Assembly (NCBI GenBank): GCA_013115145.1
Contig: JAAPAO010000084.1
Coordinates: 1 to 64,000, forward strand
Direction of reading: 5' to 3'
Length of the DNA stretch: 64,000 nucleotides
Source: Perkinsus chesapeaki ATCC PRA-425
Taxonomy: Eukaryota > Protista > Perkinsozoa
The notes under the pieces are model-generated. The model had not been told where the DNA came from, ran no database searches, and saw nothing but the letters and a program-made list of their open reading frames with translations. Positions 51,200-63,131 of this stretch are shown here, piece by piece. Numbering within the stretch: position 1 is the stretch's first letter; every line of letters begins with the position of its first letter. The position numbers and the translations under genes are program-made.

Positions 51200-53937
51200 C
51201 ACAAAAAGACCACATATCATTTCCCACAACACAAAGCAGCCACTATTGTTAGGTGAAGTATAACAGAGGTAAAGCCTACTACTGCTGTTGCTATGTCAGA
51301 CACCACTCAATCTACCCCGGCCGTTACGGAGAGGGCACTTACGGGGGAAATGTAGAGGCTAAGTCTTGTGGTAGTGGCCACAAAAAGGAGACAGCAATTG
51401 TGCAATTTTCGAACAACGGGTGATCAGCAGCAACAGGCTTTGTACGTAGAAGAACTGAAGTTAGCAATCAATGCTACAATCATCTCAATCGTAGCCTATT
51501 CGATGGCTGTGGGCCATCGCGGCCTCGAGCGCTCCTTGACAGAGCGCTGCAATAAACCATCCTACTAGTGAGGACCTGAGGGAACGAAAAGTGGACATAA
51601 ACTGTTGGCAGCAAACCATGACGTTGGATTTCATTTAGCGCGCAGTATTGCATCACACCTACGCACATAGGAACCCCCCCCCCTAACACATGGGAATAGA
51701 ACTACACTCAATAGGGTTAGGAATATCGCCAAGTAGGCGAGAACCTAATGGTGACGCAGACTTATTTGGCGGTAATAATATCAAACACCAGTGTGCCACC
51801 GTTAAGCATGTTAATATTTGATATAATAATAATCCTGAAGGCCTACTACATCACATTTTATTATGACACTCTTACACTATCACTTTCTCGAAGACATTCA
51901 GAAATATCGTTAGCATTCAAGAACACTCGATAAATCCTATATGTCTACTTAACCATTATCATATCCTCACTCTATGATTGTCCCACCTACCGTCCCCCAG
52001 CTTACTTAAATCCATATCGTCATCATCAATGTCATCCAACTCTTCATCCTCATCATCAGTTCTCTGTTCAACAACAACATTACCAGATTGTATCAGACCA
52101 AGGAGGGTATCCAATGTAATGATTCTCGGACCTGCCACGCTTCAACCTAAGATTCTCTACAATACCCACTTTCCTACCTCTCTCAGCCCCTTCCTCCCCT
52201 GCAGCTCCCGTCCGAGCTGGACTACGTATCAAACGGAACGTGTGGTGGTCTGAGGTAATATAATACACACTCATTAAGACGAAAGCTACATGGCATAAAG
52301 ACATACACAGACGAAGGCAGGAAAAACGGTATATACCATATTTTGCTGAATCTATATAGTCGTCAATAGCTTCCCACATATTTGCACTACTACACGATGC
52401 AAATTATACACCCTGTCCGCTACATAAGTCGGACCGAATCAGATAGTAAACCAAAGTGCATGCCAGAAGAAAGCCTATATGATTGATGCCCCAAAAATGT
52501 GTAGTTCAACATGACTAAGGAGGTGGTATGCTCCCTGACAGTAGACTCTAGAAGTCGTGATATCTCGTATGACCCTTCCACTATGTAACTCGCCACATTA
52601 TGGACCAAAGATACTAAATAGCTCAATATCATACCTCCTGCGGCTTAGATTCACCTCCAAAACTACGAACCGTAATAAACTCTTGAGCAGGGTTGCGATA
52701 TTCTACGATTATTCACGTGTTTTCCCACATAAAAAACTTCGCTCCGCTGTCCTCCAGCCACTACCTTGTCCTTCGGGAAGATTGGCCGTCCTAATAGGAT
52801 GCTCCGGTATAGTGAGCTGAGCGTCCATATAGGAATGATAACACCCATCACAGAGATCATAGTCGTCACACTGCTCGCACTTCCAGCGATTGCGCCCGAC
52901 AATAGGGGACATGTCGCAGCAGTCACAACGGACCCCAGGGTGATGGGGACCGGCTGGCTCGGGGCCGCGCCCCATCCCTCTCGAGAACAAGGCGCGAAGA
53001 GGATTCTGCCTCCGACGCTCCGCCTCTATTTTATCAGCTTCCGCGTCCTCTCCAATCTCCCTTAAATACTTGACAGAATCCGTAGGTAATTTATGCCTAA
53101 TGAGATAGATAGTTAGCCTTCCTTCCGAGCGACCCAGGTTCGATTCCACTCACCGACACACTGGACAAGAATCGCTTTTCTCCAACCAAGGAACTAAACA
53201 GTCCCTATGAAACAGATGCCCACAAGGCAAACTAGTGGAGTCCGAGTCACCGGCATCTTCCCTATTGAACTCCAAAGTACCTATCAACACCGAAGTGAGA
53301 ATCAATGAGACTGGTGGGGAAGCCGGAACAGAGAGTAAGTGCAAGAAAGAGCAACCCATTGAACTACCAATTAGTATAATAAAGATACACATCTACGAAA
53401 TTAATAGTATTATACGATAGTAGGTATAAAAGTATTAAAATGGATCCCTTTATTACAAATGCTACACTCATCCACGGATGACTCTATAAGATCCTCAGCC
53501 TTCATCTCAGTCTTCACACGTTTGGGAGCCACAGGCAGTCGATCAATAAACGCCTACCCTCATACCGCTCCTTCCCCAGATCTTACTGTCTATATTACCT
53601 TGCACGTAGCAGGAGTAGAGGCATCCTGTTGACGCCTGTTCACTGCATTAGAGCTCTCCTCAGTCTGATGGCGCTCAGCTCCAGCCAACATCATCAGCGT
53701 TTGTAACAGATCATCCGCTGGCACTCTAGCGGCCTCCACGAAACTACCTCAGGCATATCTTTCCTACTCAACCTGGCCCGCTTACCCTCCGCCGCACTCC
53801 GGGCAACTGTTATCATCTGCAAGTCTGGGAATGCTCTTCCGACATTCATGACAGTAGTACCTATTAAAGCACATCTCTTCCTCTACTTAAGCTCCCTATT
53901 ACTGATTAGCAGCTCCCCGGCCACCTCCGATCCTCAT
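51200..53937 (-). CDS. RING-H2 E3 ligase with N-terminal RNF126/115-type zinc ribbon and a ZZ finger; 3' end uncertain
   Basis: YYCHECRK...CPECGG..FVE; CSICTLEF...[26 protein letters not shown]; [35 protein letters not shown]. Further short exons continue toward ~51.2 kb and might be a separate gene. Confidence 0.75.
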
Positions 53938-54486
53938 GGTGAGCATGCGTGGACGACCGTTTGGTTCACCAGAGGATTGATCACGAGCGCCGCTGCCGTC
54001 CATTAGTAGCCCTTAACAAACGCTCTACTACGCGAAAATTTCGCGACAATTTTACTGGGAAAAGCGAGAAATTGCTGTGCTCAGATGGATTAGCGAAATC
54101 TCTGAAAAGGATGGTAAGAAGTAAATCTGGAAAGCCTCGTGGTAAGCCGGAAATGACCGAAGGGACAGAAGGTCACGTTGAGGAAGTGTGAGAAGAGGCA
54201 AGTGAGCAAGATTTATCGTACTGACGAGACAATTCAAAAGGTCTGCATCAGTTGTGGAGGTCCATTCTGGAATCGATTCCGCTGATTTTATTCATCAATC
54301 CCACCTAATCGATTAGATCTTATAATTCCAAATTATTACCGGCAACTATCGCACAAGAAAGACAAAAGCTAGTGGACAGCTCGGGCCAGCTATCAACCTC
54401 TCAGGAATCTTTTGTCACAGTAGCGGATACTCTAGCGCCTAACACTCCACCTTACCTATGAACGCTTTAGTTAAATCATATATAAA

Positions 54487-55260
54487 TGTTAAAGACGGGG
54501 CAATTGCCTGCCATTTCCCCGGAGTCCTCTACAAGTACTCCTGCGCATGGCTTTGGTCAATCTATCAAATGGCGAGACCGGTAAGGACTCCCTATTACTT
54601 CATCTAGTCCCTTATTACTATCAGTTCCATTATATCTCCGTTGCTTATTTCCACATATTCACGTTCGTATTGCCCACGCTTTTGCCACTATTGAATTCCA
54701 AGCTTCGGCTCTCCTTTCCATAAGATTCATTTTCAGGTCGAAACCAGGCAGCCTGGACTACTGTTGTATATTCCTCTTCTGGACCTGTGCTCTCGCCCAG
54801 CTTATTTGCGGTATAGTAGTCGCCAGCTCCACTAACTACACTCGTCCTTTCATCAATGATGATGTAAGGTCCTCGGAGAGCCTTTTCTGCGTATAAATTA
54901 CACTTTAATCTACACCTTTTCAACGCTTATTTCGACAATAGTAACTTCAACTTGAAAAGTTGGTGTAACTTTATATATGCGCTGTTCCTTGATATTTCCA
55001 AAATTTCTTGGCTAGGGCTTGCATCCAGAACTCTTTGGTAATCAACTCTGAGGATCGAGCCAGGTTCGAACTACTTTTCTTGAACGGCATTGTTTGTCAT
55101 TCCCACTGTGTGTTCGTTTCCAGGCTCTAATATGCCCGAACGGCTACAACTTTGCGATTACAGATTGTGTAGGAGAGGCCACAACGTTACTCAATCCAAG
55201 GTAAGCGACTTGAACAAGCCTTGGAGAATGCTATTGAGAGCTAAGCCTTGGCGACTGGCC
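54487..55260 (-). pseudogene. Hypothetical gene relic with in-frame TAG
   Basis: Frame GILEPGNEHTVGMTNNAVQEK*FEPGSILRVDY...EISVEK, then a GT-AG intron to KALRGPYIIIDERT...; no family recognised. Confidence 0.25.
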
Positions 55261-55483
55261 TGACGTGGCCGATTCCCGAGGGCGCGGGTGGATGTTTTAT
55301 CGACTAGACCGTGCGTCTGAAGTTCCCTAATTATTCAGTTTTCAATGTAGAGTGTTAATATTAGTATATGGCGACTCAATAGGTTTATGTAGTAGTGTAT
55401 GTTATGTATATTAATGTGTATATGCTAGTATATGTTATATCGGTAATATCCGAATAACTGTATTACCGTATGCCATTGCCCGA

Positions 55484-57483
55484 ATGGCAGTAGTACGAAA
55501 TGAGGGGCCCCGGCGGCCTACGCCCTTTAGACAATCTGATACAGATTGAGAACTGGTGCTTGGTTTTGTCTTTGTGAGTGACAGCAGTCTTACTATAAAA
55601 AACTCAATATTGTCATTTAGTCAATCTTACTGTAAGTAGTTTTCAAATACTTATCACTCGGTATATTGTAATAGCAGGTCGATATTCATAATGTTAATTT
55701 GTGATCATCACATTTAGGTTTTATTAGGTTCCCTGTTGGATTGCTCCAAGGTGTCTTTGTCAGTTTATTCTCGTGTGTAAACGATTCCCTGTGCAACGAG
55801 ATTCGCGCATGTACCAATTCCAGAAGCCTCACAGAGACGTCTTCGAGGAGCCTTGCTGAGTTCGCAGAGACCGCCGTAACGACCACATTTCTGCTAATTC
55901 CTTTCATGCCCTTCATGTAGGTCGCTGCCGATCTATGGGAGGCCCTAGGTGACTATTGGTTCATCCCAACCACTATATTCCCTGCCATGGTCGTCATAGC
56001 TCTCCTGTGGCTTCTAGCTTCCGAGTACCTTCCCAGGGCCCTTGTGTGGTCTACTCTAGGCTCCTCGGTGGTGTTCCTCATTGCCTTATGGGCGCTCTGG
56101 TAGGGACGACGCTTCCATCGACATTCTGCACACAAACTTTTCAGGACCTTCGAGTACGGAATTAACAATTGGATGCTTCTCGTGGTTGCAGGGATCGTTG
56201 TCATTCTCAGTGCGGTTTTCTACAAGTCGATAAATCGTGCTGCGAAAGTTATGTCAGTTGCGGCCAGTGGCCTTCGTAGCACTCCATCCATTATCGTGGT
56301 TTGCCTTCTATTGAAGGGTATCTTTGTTGGCTATGTAATTCTTTGGATATTCTTTATGGTGCGCTCAGCCCAGACCAAAGAGCTCAACTCGAGCGATTGC
56401 TCTTTGAGATCTTCGCCTGGGATTGGGTTTGCTCGGTTCCTGTTCGGTTTGTTATTTTGGATATTCACATATGTATTTCTTAATATGAAAACAGTAGTAT
56501 GTGCTGCTGGTATTGGTGCATGGTATTTCCCAAATGGTGATGGTGAACCAACAGTACCAGCTCTTAAAGGTCTACAATGGGCATTTACGTCAAGCTCTGG
56601 CGCAGTTATGTTTGCAGCTACTATAGTTGGTGTTACTAGATTCATTCTCAATCGTATAGGAAATGCCTGTCACTGTCTGCCATGGTTTCTGACCCCTCTC
56701 GGTTGCCTGTGGAAATGCTTCACTTGTTGTTGCCTCAGTATCCTTGAAGCTTTCTCCAAATTCGCAATAATCGGCCAAGTGTTTGCTGGTGGTAGTTTCT
56801 GCGGTGCTGGTCGGAGGTCTTTCCTCCTCATAAAGGATCGACTAGGAAAAGCCTTTATAACTGATGGTGTCGGTCACACTGTTGTATCTGCTATTACGTA
56901 CCTTTTCCCTTTCTCCCTCGGAGTCGCCTCGTGGCTCTGGCTCGATGCCGCTCAGGGGTATCAAACACTGTCGGAAGTTAACACTTTTTTACTCATTCCA
57001 ATTCTGCTGGCATTCGCATTGCTTATATCTACGCCAGTCTTCACCGTCGTCCTAATCACTTGGCTATCGCCTCTGCTGCACCAGTGGACCTGTGGTGACG
57101 ACGGCTGCGACTCTGCCATCCAGGCCGATGCCCAGAGGGCGATTAACTCTGTCACAGGAGCTTTGTTCATTGGCTCTGTTTGCTTTACATTCTTCAACTT
57201 CTTGGCCGATGTGATTCTTTGTTCGATTGACACCGTATTCTTCTGCTTCGCCATCGAGGTTGACACTATGGGTTACCAAAGGCGACTGGAGGGCGCCGTC
57301 TACTCCAAATTGCAAGACGCCTACGAGCTGAATCCTCCGTCCGATTGTTCCAGCTCTCCGCATACAGCGTGCGAGGAAGCCGAAGCGAATGGCCAGATGC
57401 CACCAGAAGGTCTTGTGAGTGCCCAGCAAGCCACGCTGGGTTATGTGGCAGCAAGTCCAGGGAATAGCATATGTTATGTTTGA
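55484..57483 (+). CDS. Choline transporter-like (CTL/SLC44) multi-pass membrane protein; 5' end approximate
   Basis: Many TM helices; AGIGAWYF, SSGAVMFAA, EAFSKFAIIGQVFAGGSFCGAGRRSF, AFITDGVG, IDTVFFCFA. Short 5' exons are spliced to a 1.3-kb terminal exon. Confidence 0.88.
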
Positions 57484-57994
57484 AGACATTTGTCTCTATA
57501 TTTCGACCGTGTCGGTATTTTGTACGTTGTTTGTATTCTAAAGATTATGAAACAGTCTTTCAATAAAATAATGACCAGGTAAAGTCATTAGATTATTTCT
57601 ATTACGTGAAGCCTCGTGTTACCAGTATTATGCTGTGAGTGATTGGAGCTGGAAAGGCAGACGAACTGCTCAAGTCTAGGTAATGACTTATAGCGATGTA
57701 CAGTTTTCGTGCATTTGACTTCGAACTCCGAGGGAGGTAACTGAGGCGTGGGCCACGCCGCGTGGCTTGCTGCATTTCACTGTCTAACGTTCATTGGGTC
57801 TAGTCAGTCTCTAGATCTCCTTCTACAACAACCGATAAGACTGGTGTTTGTGAGATGTCCATGGCCCAAATTGTGATTCCCACATAGCGGTGTGTCGCAG
57901 TATTCGTCGCCTATGAACATGGTACCGGTGAATCATTGACACGATACCGTCGATGTGATAATAGTATTCCAGGGCATGGTATTTCCAGAGAGAA

Positions 57995-59513
57995 ATGTCT
58001 AAGCGTGCTTTCCTTTGGGTTGCAACACTCTTCTTCGATCGCACGGTCCTTTCTTCTGAACTCTCTTTAGTGACATGGAACACTATGCAGTACGGCGATG
58101 CGTAAGACCAGGCTTGAATTACAGACAAGTGTGGATAGCAGTTACAGCACCGAATGGGGCACACCTACCGAGATAGAGCGAGCTAATAGACTGGCAAAGA
58201 AGCGCGGCATCAGTCTGGAAACAGCTCGTGATGTGGGATACCTAGCTCAGTGTTCCGTTGTATTTCCTGACCGTGGTCAGATACTCGCGGACTCGAGGTT
58301 CCAGCGAGAGGCAGACCGACTTCGAGAGTGGCAGAAGAAGTATGATGTTATCGCTTTGCAAGAAGTGGAGTTCACTCATGAAAATGCGGTGCGCCTGATT
58401 GACAAGTAGGCCATCGGACGGCAGAAGGCTACGTCGACATGCTCAGGATCGAACTGGTGACATCTGAGTGGATAGCAGGGTGTCCATTGCCTGCACCAGA
58501 GTCCACATCTACCTTCGCTACGCCTCTCCTGCTCCGCCGGCAGCGCTTCACTAATGTTGTCCCATTGAGCAATGGTACAAAAGACATTCCTGGGTGCATC
58601 GTCGAGGCTGTGACACGCGAAGGTCGACCTACTTCCTGCTAGTGGTTTTATGCCTGTAGTGTTTCAGGCCTAACGATGGTGATTGGTAGCCTTCACGCAA
58701 AGTCGGGACCTATAAGGGCTGATGCTGTATCAACTGTCAGGAGCTTCTTGCAGCATCTGGATGATAATCTTAATAATCGCACTGATCAGCTCATCTTCCT
58801 TGGAGGAGATTGGAACTCCCACATGTAACAATCTCACTCGTCCTCGAACCCTTGCAACTTGCAAGCTGCAAGCCACGCTTATCGGGCCTGATGAATGATG
58901 ACATTGCGAAGATGGCAATCTTTAGCTTGTTCCATTCAAAGCCTTCCGGTGTGGAGCGCCCTGTCTGATCAGGTATGACCTGCTCCCACTATTCCAGTCA
59001 TCATCTCCCGACTGGACCCTCCACACTGTACCGACGAATGACACCCCCTTATGGTCTTTACCGAGGTTCACTAGTCAGCATGAACATAATTGGCTGGCTG
59101 CTTATGACGGATGGTTCGTGCTAACTCCAGCGTCAATGTGAGATATTAGGCAACAATCGCATGCCGTAGCTTCTTCTTAGTCCACGTTATCGGTTCTCCA
59201 CAACAGAGCTTCGTCAAGGCTTTCTCCCCAAGTACTTGCTTCGCGAAGGTGATAGCACGTACCGGGCGAGTCCGTTCTACTATGGCAACTGCCGAGGCGA
59301 GGACGGTAGGCCTGGTTTTCGCTATCCGGAGATTACATGACTGCGGCAGGTCCCGCGTCACGTTTCCCTGAGTGCATTTCTGGGCAGCTGAAGATCGAGA
59401 CGAACGGAGCTACTTGGATATACCCTCATCTACTTGCCGATGTCGGCCTTTCAGACCACATGGCAGTCGAAATGAGAATACATGACGAACGCTGGGAAAT
59501 AAGTTTAACTTAG
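57995..59513 (+). CDS. Secreted endonuclease/exonuclease/phosphatase (EEP, DNase I-like) family protein
   Basis: Signal-like MSKRAFLWVATLFF; the four EEP motifs in order across exons: LSLVTWN, YDVIALQEV, IFLGGDWNSH, GLSDHMAVEM; stop 59511-59513. Confidence 0.75.
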
Positions 59514-60321
59514 CCTGGCTTGCTACGAAACGTGATGGCGAAGCAGCTTAAAGGTTTCTTGTCACGACGTGTGATGGAGTTAGAAAAGGCTCGACGTGGT
59601 GGAAGAAACGTACGGACACCACTATGGTGCCGCCATATACTCCCAATGTGTCCTAATCAAAGGAATTCCACAGTTGGGAGTCAAAATCCAACAAGCCGGA
59701 TACTGCGCCTACCCACACTAGTGGCTTCGTCGCTAGCACCTCGAAAGCACAAAAGAGTTTACCAGGAAGAAACCGATTGCTACAGTTGACAAATCGCAAA
59801 TAGGTCGCGCCTCGGAACTTCGAGTTCATTAGATATCTATCTTCAGGCTTTTAATGTAATTTCCCTCAATGGTTGAGGAGCACTCGGACCTGTCCAATTG
59901 GCTAATCATTCAACACTAGCATTTGCGCGGCGGGGACCGCGCGTAGACCTACGGAAGGTGCAGAGATGCATGAATCCAGTATACTCCGAATGTAGACATG
60001 CAAAGAGACAGAGCAAATGAAACGCCATCAGTGAGCTTCATCCGGTAGAGTTACACCCACATGTTCTGTTACACCTACCAGAAAATTCGCTCCAAAGACC
60101 AGGGATAGTGTGGACCACAGTATCCCTGGTCTTTGAAAAAGAAATCCCGACCACAGTCTGTGGTCGGAATTTCTCACAAATGTCGTGACACCGCGCAGCG
60201 GGGAGATAGTTGGCGGTTGGGAAGGCTTCGCGCACGTTTTCGTACTGTATGTGTTCAGGGGGATGCCACGATCGCTCGAAAAGAAATCACGTCAACGCAA
60301 CCGAGTGCTTTAAAAACGAGC

Positions 60322-60501
60322 TCAACCACCCGGAGCAGTACCGTCGTTCAAACGCGTAGGGCAACGACACATCGGGCATTGATGCTGGGTCATAGGCGGA
60401 CTGCTGAAGCAGGTCGGAAAGCAATATGTGCGATAAATATGCTTGCACGGGAGCTGAACCACATTGTCATCATGGCTGAGGGGTTCCAGGCAAATGGCCC
60501 A
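60322..60501 (-). pseudogene. Degenerate RING-H2 finger exon (absent from the ORF track)
   Basis: WAICLEPLSHDDNVVQLPCKHIYRTYCF...QCPMCR*: the first Cys is Trp and the second His is Arg; no upstream exon found. Confidence 0.65.
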
Positions 60502-60879
60502 TAGATAATTAGCCTGAAATATTTGTAAATCTACATCTAATAATAAAAGAATTAACTCTGCTAGGAGTAGAATATCTTAACAGCAGTTACATTCTTCTGG
60601 GTGAACCAAAGTTTAGTTACCAAAGAGTTACAGAACAGTATAAGCTCTATACTATAGGTATTAAACCCTTCCGGCAGTTGCACATGGAATGGATAGCCTA
60701 ACTGAGGCATTCTCGGCGTTGAACTATAAACCCTCTCACACACACTAATGCGCGGTTGCTAATGCGCGGTAAGCGCAGCTGCTGAATCGGATGACATTGC
60801 TGGAGTCGGGGATGCGCAGAACCATGCTTGAGGAGATGTATCGGTCGAGAACACTAGGGATTCTCATAAATGTCATGAC

Positions 60880-61762
60880 AGTGTTATTCTCTGAGATAGC
60901 TGGTGTCTGCCAAGGTTCTTGCCTTGGCCCTATTCTATGGCTAATCTACTTTTCACCCATACAGCCTGCTGCTACTATCGCTGCTGGACCCGGCCTATCC
61001 ACCTACACCTTCGCTGACGACCACACGCAAGGATCTAGCAGCCGCGACCAACTAGATAGAGGAGAATCAGGAGCCCTGCGATTCACTGCTGGTGCCAGGA
61101 TAACTATGGAACCATCAAAAAAGGTTCTGAGTTGCTTTACTAACCGAGCTCGCTCTACTGCTGATAGTTGCCCCATCCTACTTGGACTTCGGATTGACCC
61201 CGGTCTTACTATGTCCGTACACTTCGACCATGTTCTTAAGCGAGTTGCCGTGAGAACGGCCCAACTCCTTCGACTCCGACCCTTCATGGACACTGAGCAA
61301 CTAGGGCGTTGCTTCAAACAGTACTGCTGGCCATATTTGAAGTATGGCATGCCTGGTTTTATTCATGCTAGCGAAGCTCAGTTAAAGCGACTTGATGCCT
61401 GTCAAGACCGTTTCCTGGAACTCACAGGTTGCTCTCTCCCGTCTCTTGGATGGAGGCGACATGTGGGTATAATGACTTGGCTTTATAAAGTTATAGTTCT
61501 ACACAGAGGTTCTCCCTCTCTCCAGTCACGGTTCACTATAACTCAAGGACAGAGTCGTTACACTACGCGTTCCACCTCCCGATTGCACTCATACCAACTC
61601 GAGATCAAAAAGAAATCAGATGACATAGTTATATACCGTCGGTGGTGTAGGGCTCTCGACGCATGGAATGCCCTCCCGTCCTCTGTATTTCCTGAAGAGC
61701 GCACAAGGATTGATCACTTCAAAATAGCCGTATCATTGCTGAATCGTTTTTTGTAAAAAAAA
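60880..61762 (+). mobile_element. 5'-truncated non-LTR retrotransposon (CR1/L2/Jockey-like RT C-terminal half)
   Basis: GVCQGSCLGPILW, FADD, LGLRID..LTMSVH, terminal WNALP. ORF 60791-61756 is open; the stop TAA runs directly into an A8 tail (61755-61762). No TSD found. Confidence 0.9.
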
Positions 61763-62144
61763 GTGTCACGGTGACACCGCTCCGTCGAGACATAGTCTGC
61801 GGATCTAGTAACTGCACGCATGTGCACCGTTTGCTGACAAGGCTGGAGGTTCGCATATGAACCGTAGTAGCACAGAGATCATATGGCCAAATCGCGTCAA
61901 ATTGTTCGAGTGGTTACCCTCCCTTTCAATTCGGCCTTCGAGCTGCTCACCGTCCATGGTACAGCCTTCGTGCTACTTGTTCACAAAATAATGTTTATTT
62001 AATAACTGAATCCAACGTAGGAAACGTGTCTAAAAACGTTAGTTCGTTCCTCACTCTCCTAGGAATGAGCGCCTTGTGGTCACTGAGCTCTCATCCTGTG
62101 ATCCTTTACCTTCTAATCACTAGGTGCTCTTTTTCTCTCAGCGA

Positions 62145-63131
62145 ATGTCTAGAGTAATCTTCCTCGTGTATCAGCTGCACACCATTATCATCACGGTGGC
62201 TGATGCTATCGGGGGAGGAAAGTTTCACAACTTCTCAGACTACACTCCCAGGAGCCCAGTAGTTGGGGTCCTAGCCCTTCCTCCTCAGGGGACCCTCAAA
62301 GGGCCGTTCGTCTCTGAGTTCGTGGTAGAGTTCTTAGAAGGTGCTGGGATACAGGTCGCTCCAGTGCTCTACGACGACCCTAACTTGGAGTCCTTACTAT
62401 CCCGCCTCAATGGCATTTATTTATCCGACGGAAGCATCGACATTACCTTCGATCACCCCTATGTGAAGGCAGCCTCGAGAATTTACCAATTTGCCCTAGA
62501 TAGGTATTCTAAAGATGGCCCTTTCCCCTTGATCGGGTTCTGTCAAGGCCATCAAATTCTTGCTGCTCTGGCGGCGGGCACCACTGATGTTATTCTCAAA
62601 CATGCCTACAAGACTGATGATGTGGCCCTTACCCTGAAGATAATTGGCAATGGAGGGAGGATGCTCGGCTCGCTCCCATCGAATGTGAAGTATATATTGG
62701 AAAACAATCCAGTGACGCCCAACCTGCATAGGGATGGCGTTCCACCTGGGATGTGGGGGGCTTACAAGGGGCTGAAAGACCAGTTTGTGATGACAAGCAC
62801 CAGCAAGGATCCATATACTCAGCAAGACTTCTCAGCCACTATGGAGTCCCAGCCTGGTAAGCCTGTTATGTACGGCCTTCAATGGCATCCAGAAATGATT
62901 CCGTACAATTGGGATCCCTTAGTTAAGAAAGCGATTGTTAAAACAGAAGATTCTTTTCTGGTCAGCAGCTCTTTTAGCTTTTTTGTCGGTAGTCTCTTTC
63001 GCGGTAAGACCCATAAGTTCTCGAACCCCAGAGATCTGGCTAAAGCACTTGTTCGTAGCTATCCTCGTCTATGTGAGGAGGATGATGTTGTAATGGGAAC
63101 ATGCGTTTACCTCATCCAACACTCAAGCTGA
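62145..63131 (+). CDS. GGH: Gamma-glutamyl hydrolase (peptidase C26), predicted secreted, catalytic region intronless
   Basis: PVVGVL, FLEGAGIQVAPV, nucleophile FCQG, QWHPE; hydrophobic N-terminus MSRVIFLVYQLHTIIITVADA. Confidence 0.85.
   Translation: MSRVIFLVYQLHTIIITVADAIGGGKFHNFSDYTPRSPVVGVLALPPQGTLKGPFVSEFVVEFLEGAGIQVAPVLYDDPNLESLLSRLNGIYLSDGSIDITFDHPYVKAASRIYQFALDRYSKDGPFPLIGFCQGHQILAALAAGTTDVILKHAYKTDDVALTLKIIGNGGRMLGSLPSNVKYILENNPVTPNLHRDGVPPGMWGAYKGLKDQFVMTSTSKDPYTQQDFSATMESQPGKPVMYGLQWHPEMIPYNWDPLVKKAIVKTEDSFLVSSSFSFFVGSLFRGKTHKFSNPRDLAKALVRSYPRLCEEDDVVMGTCVYLIQHSS

Noticed and set aside
57995-61762. EEP domain upstream of RT on the same strand, mimicking LINE ORF2 (EN+RT)
   Set aside because: The EEP gene has a signal-like N-terminus, spliceosomal introns and its own stop; an opposite-strand RING relic intervenes; the RT lacks its N-terminal motifs.
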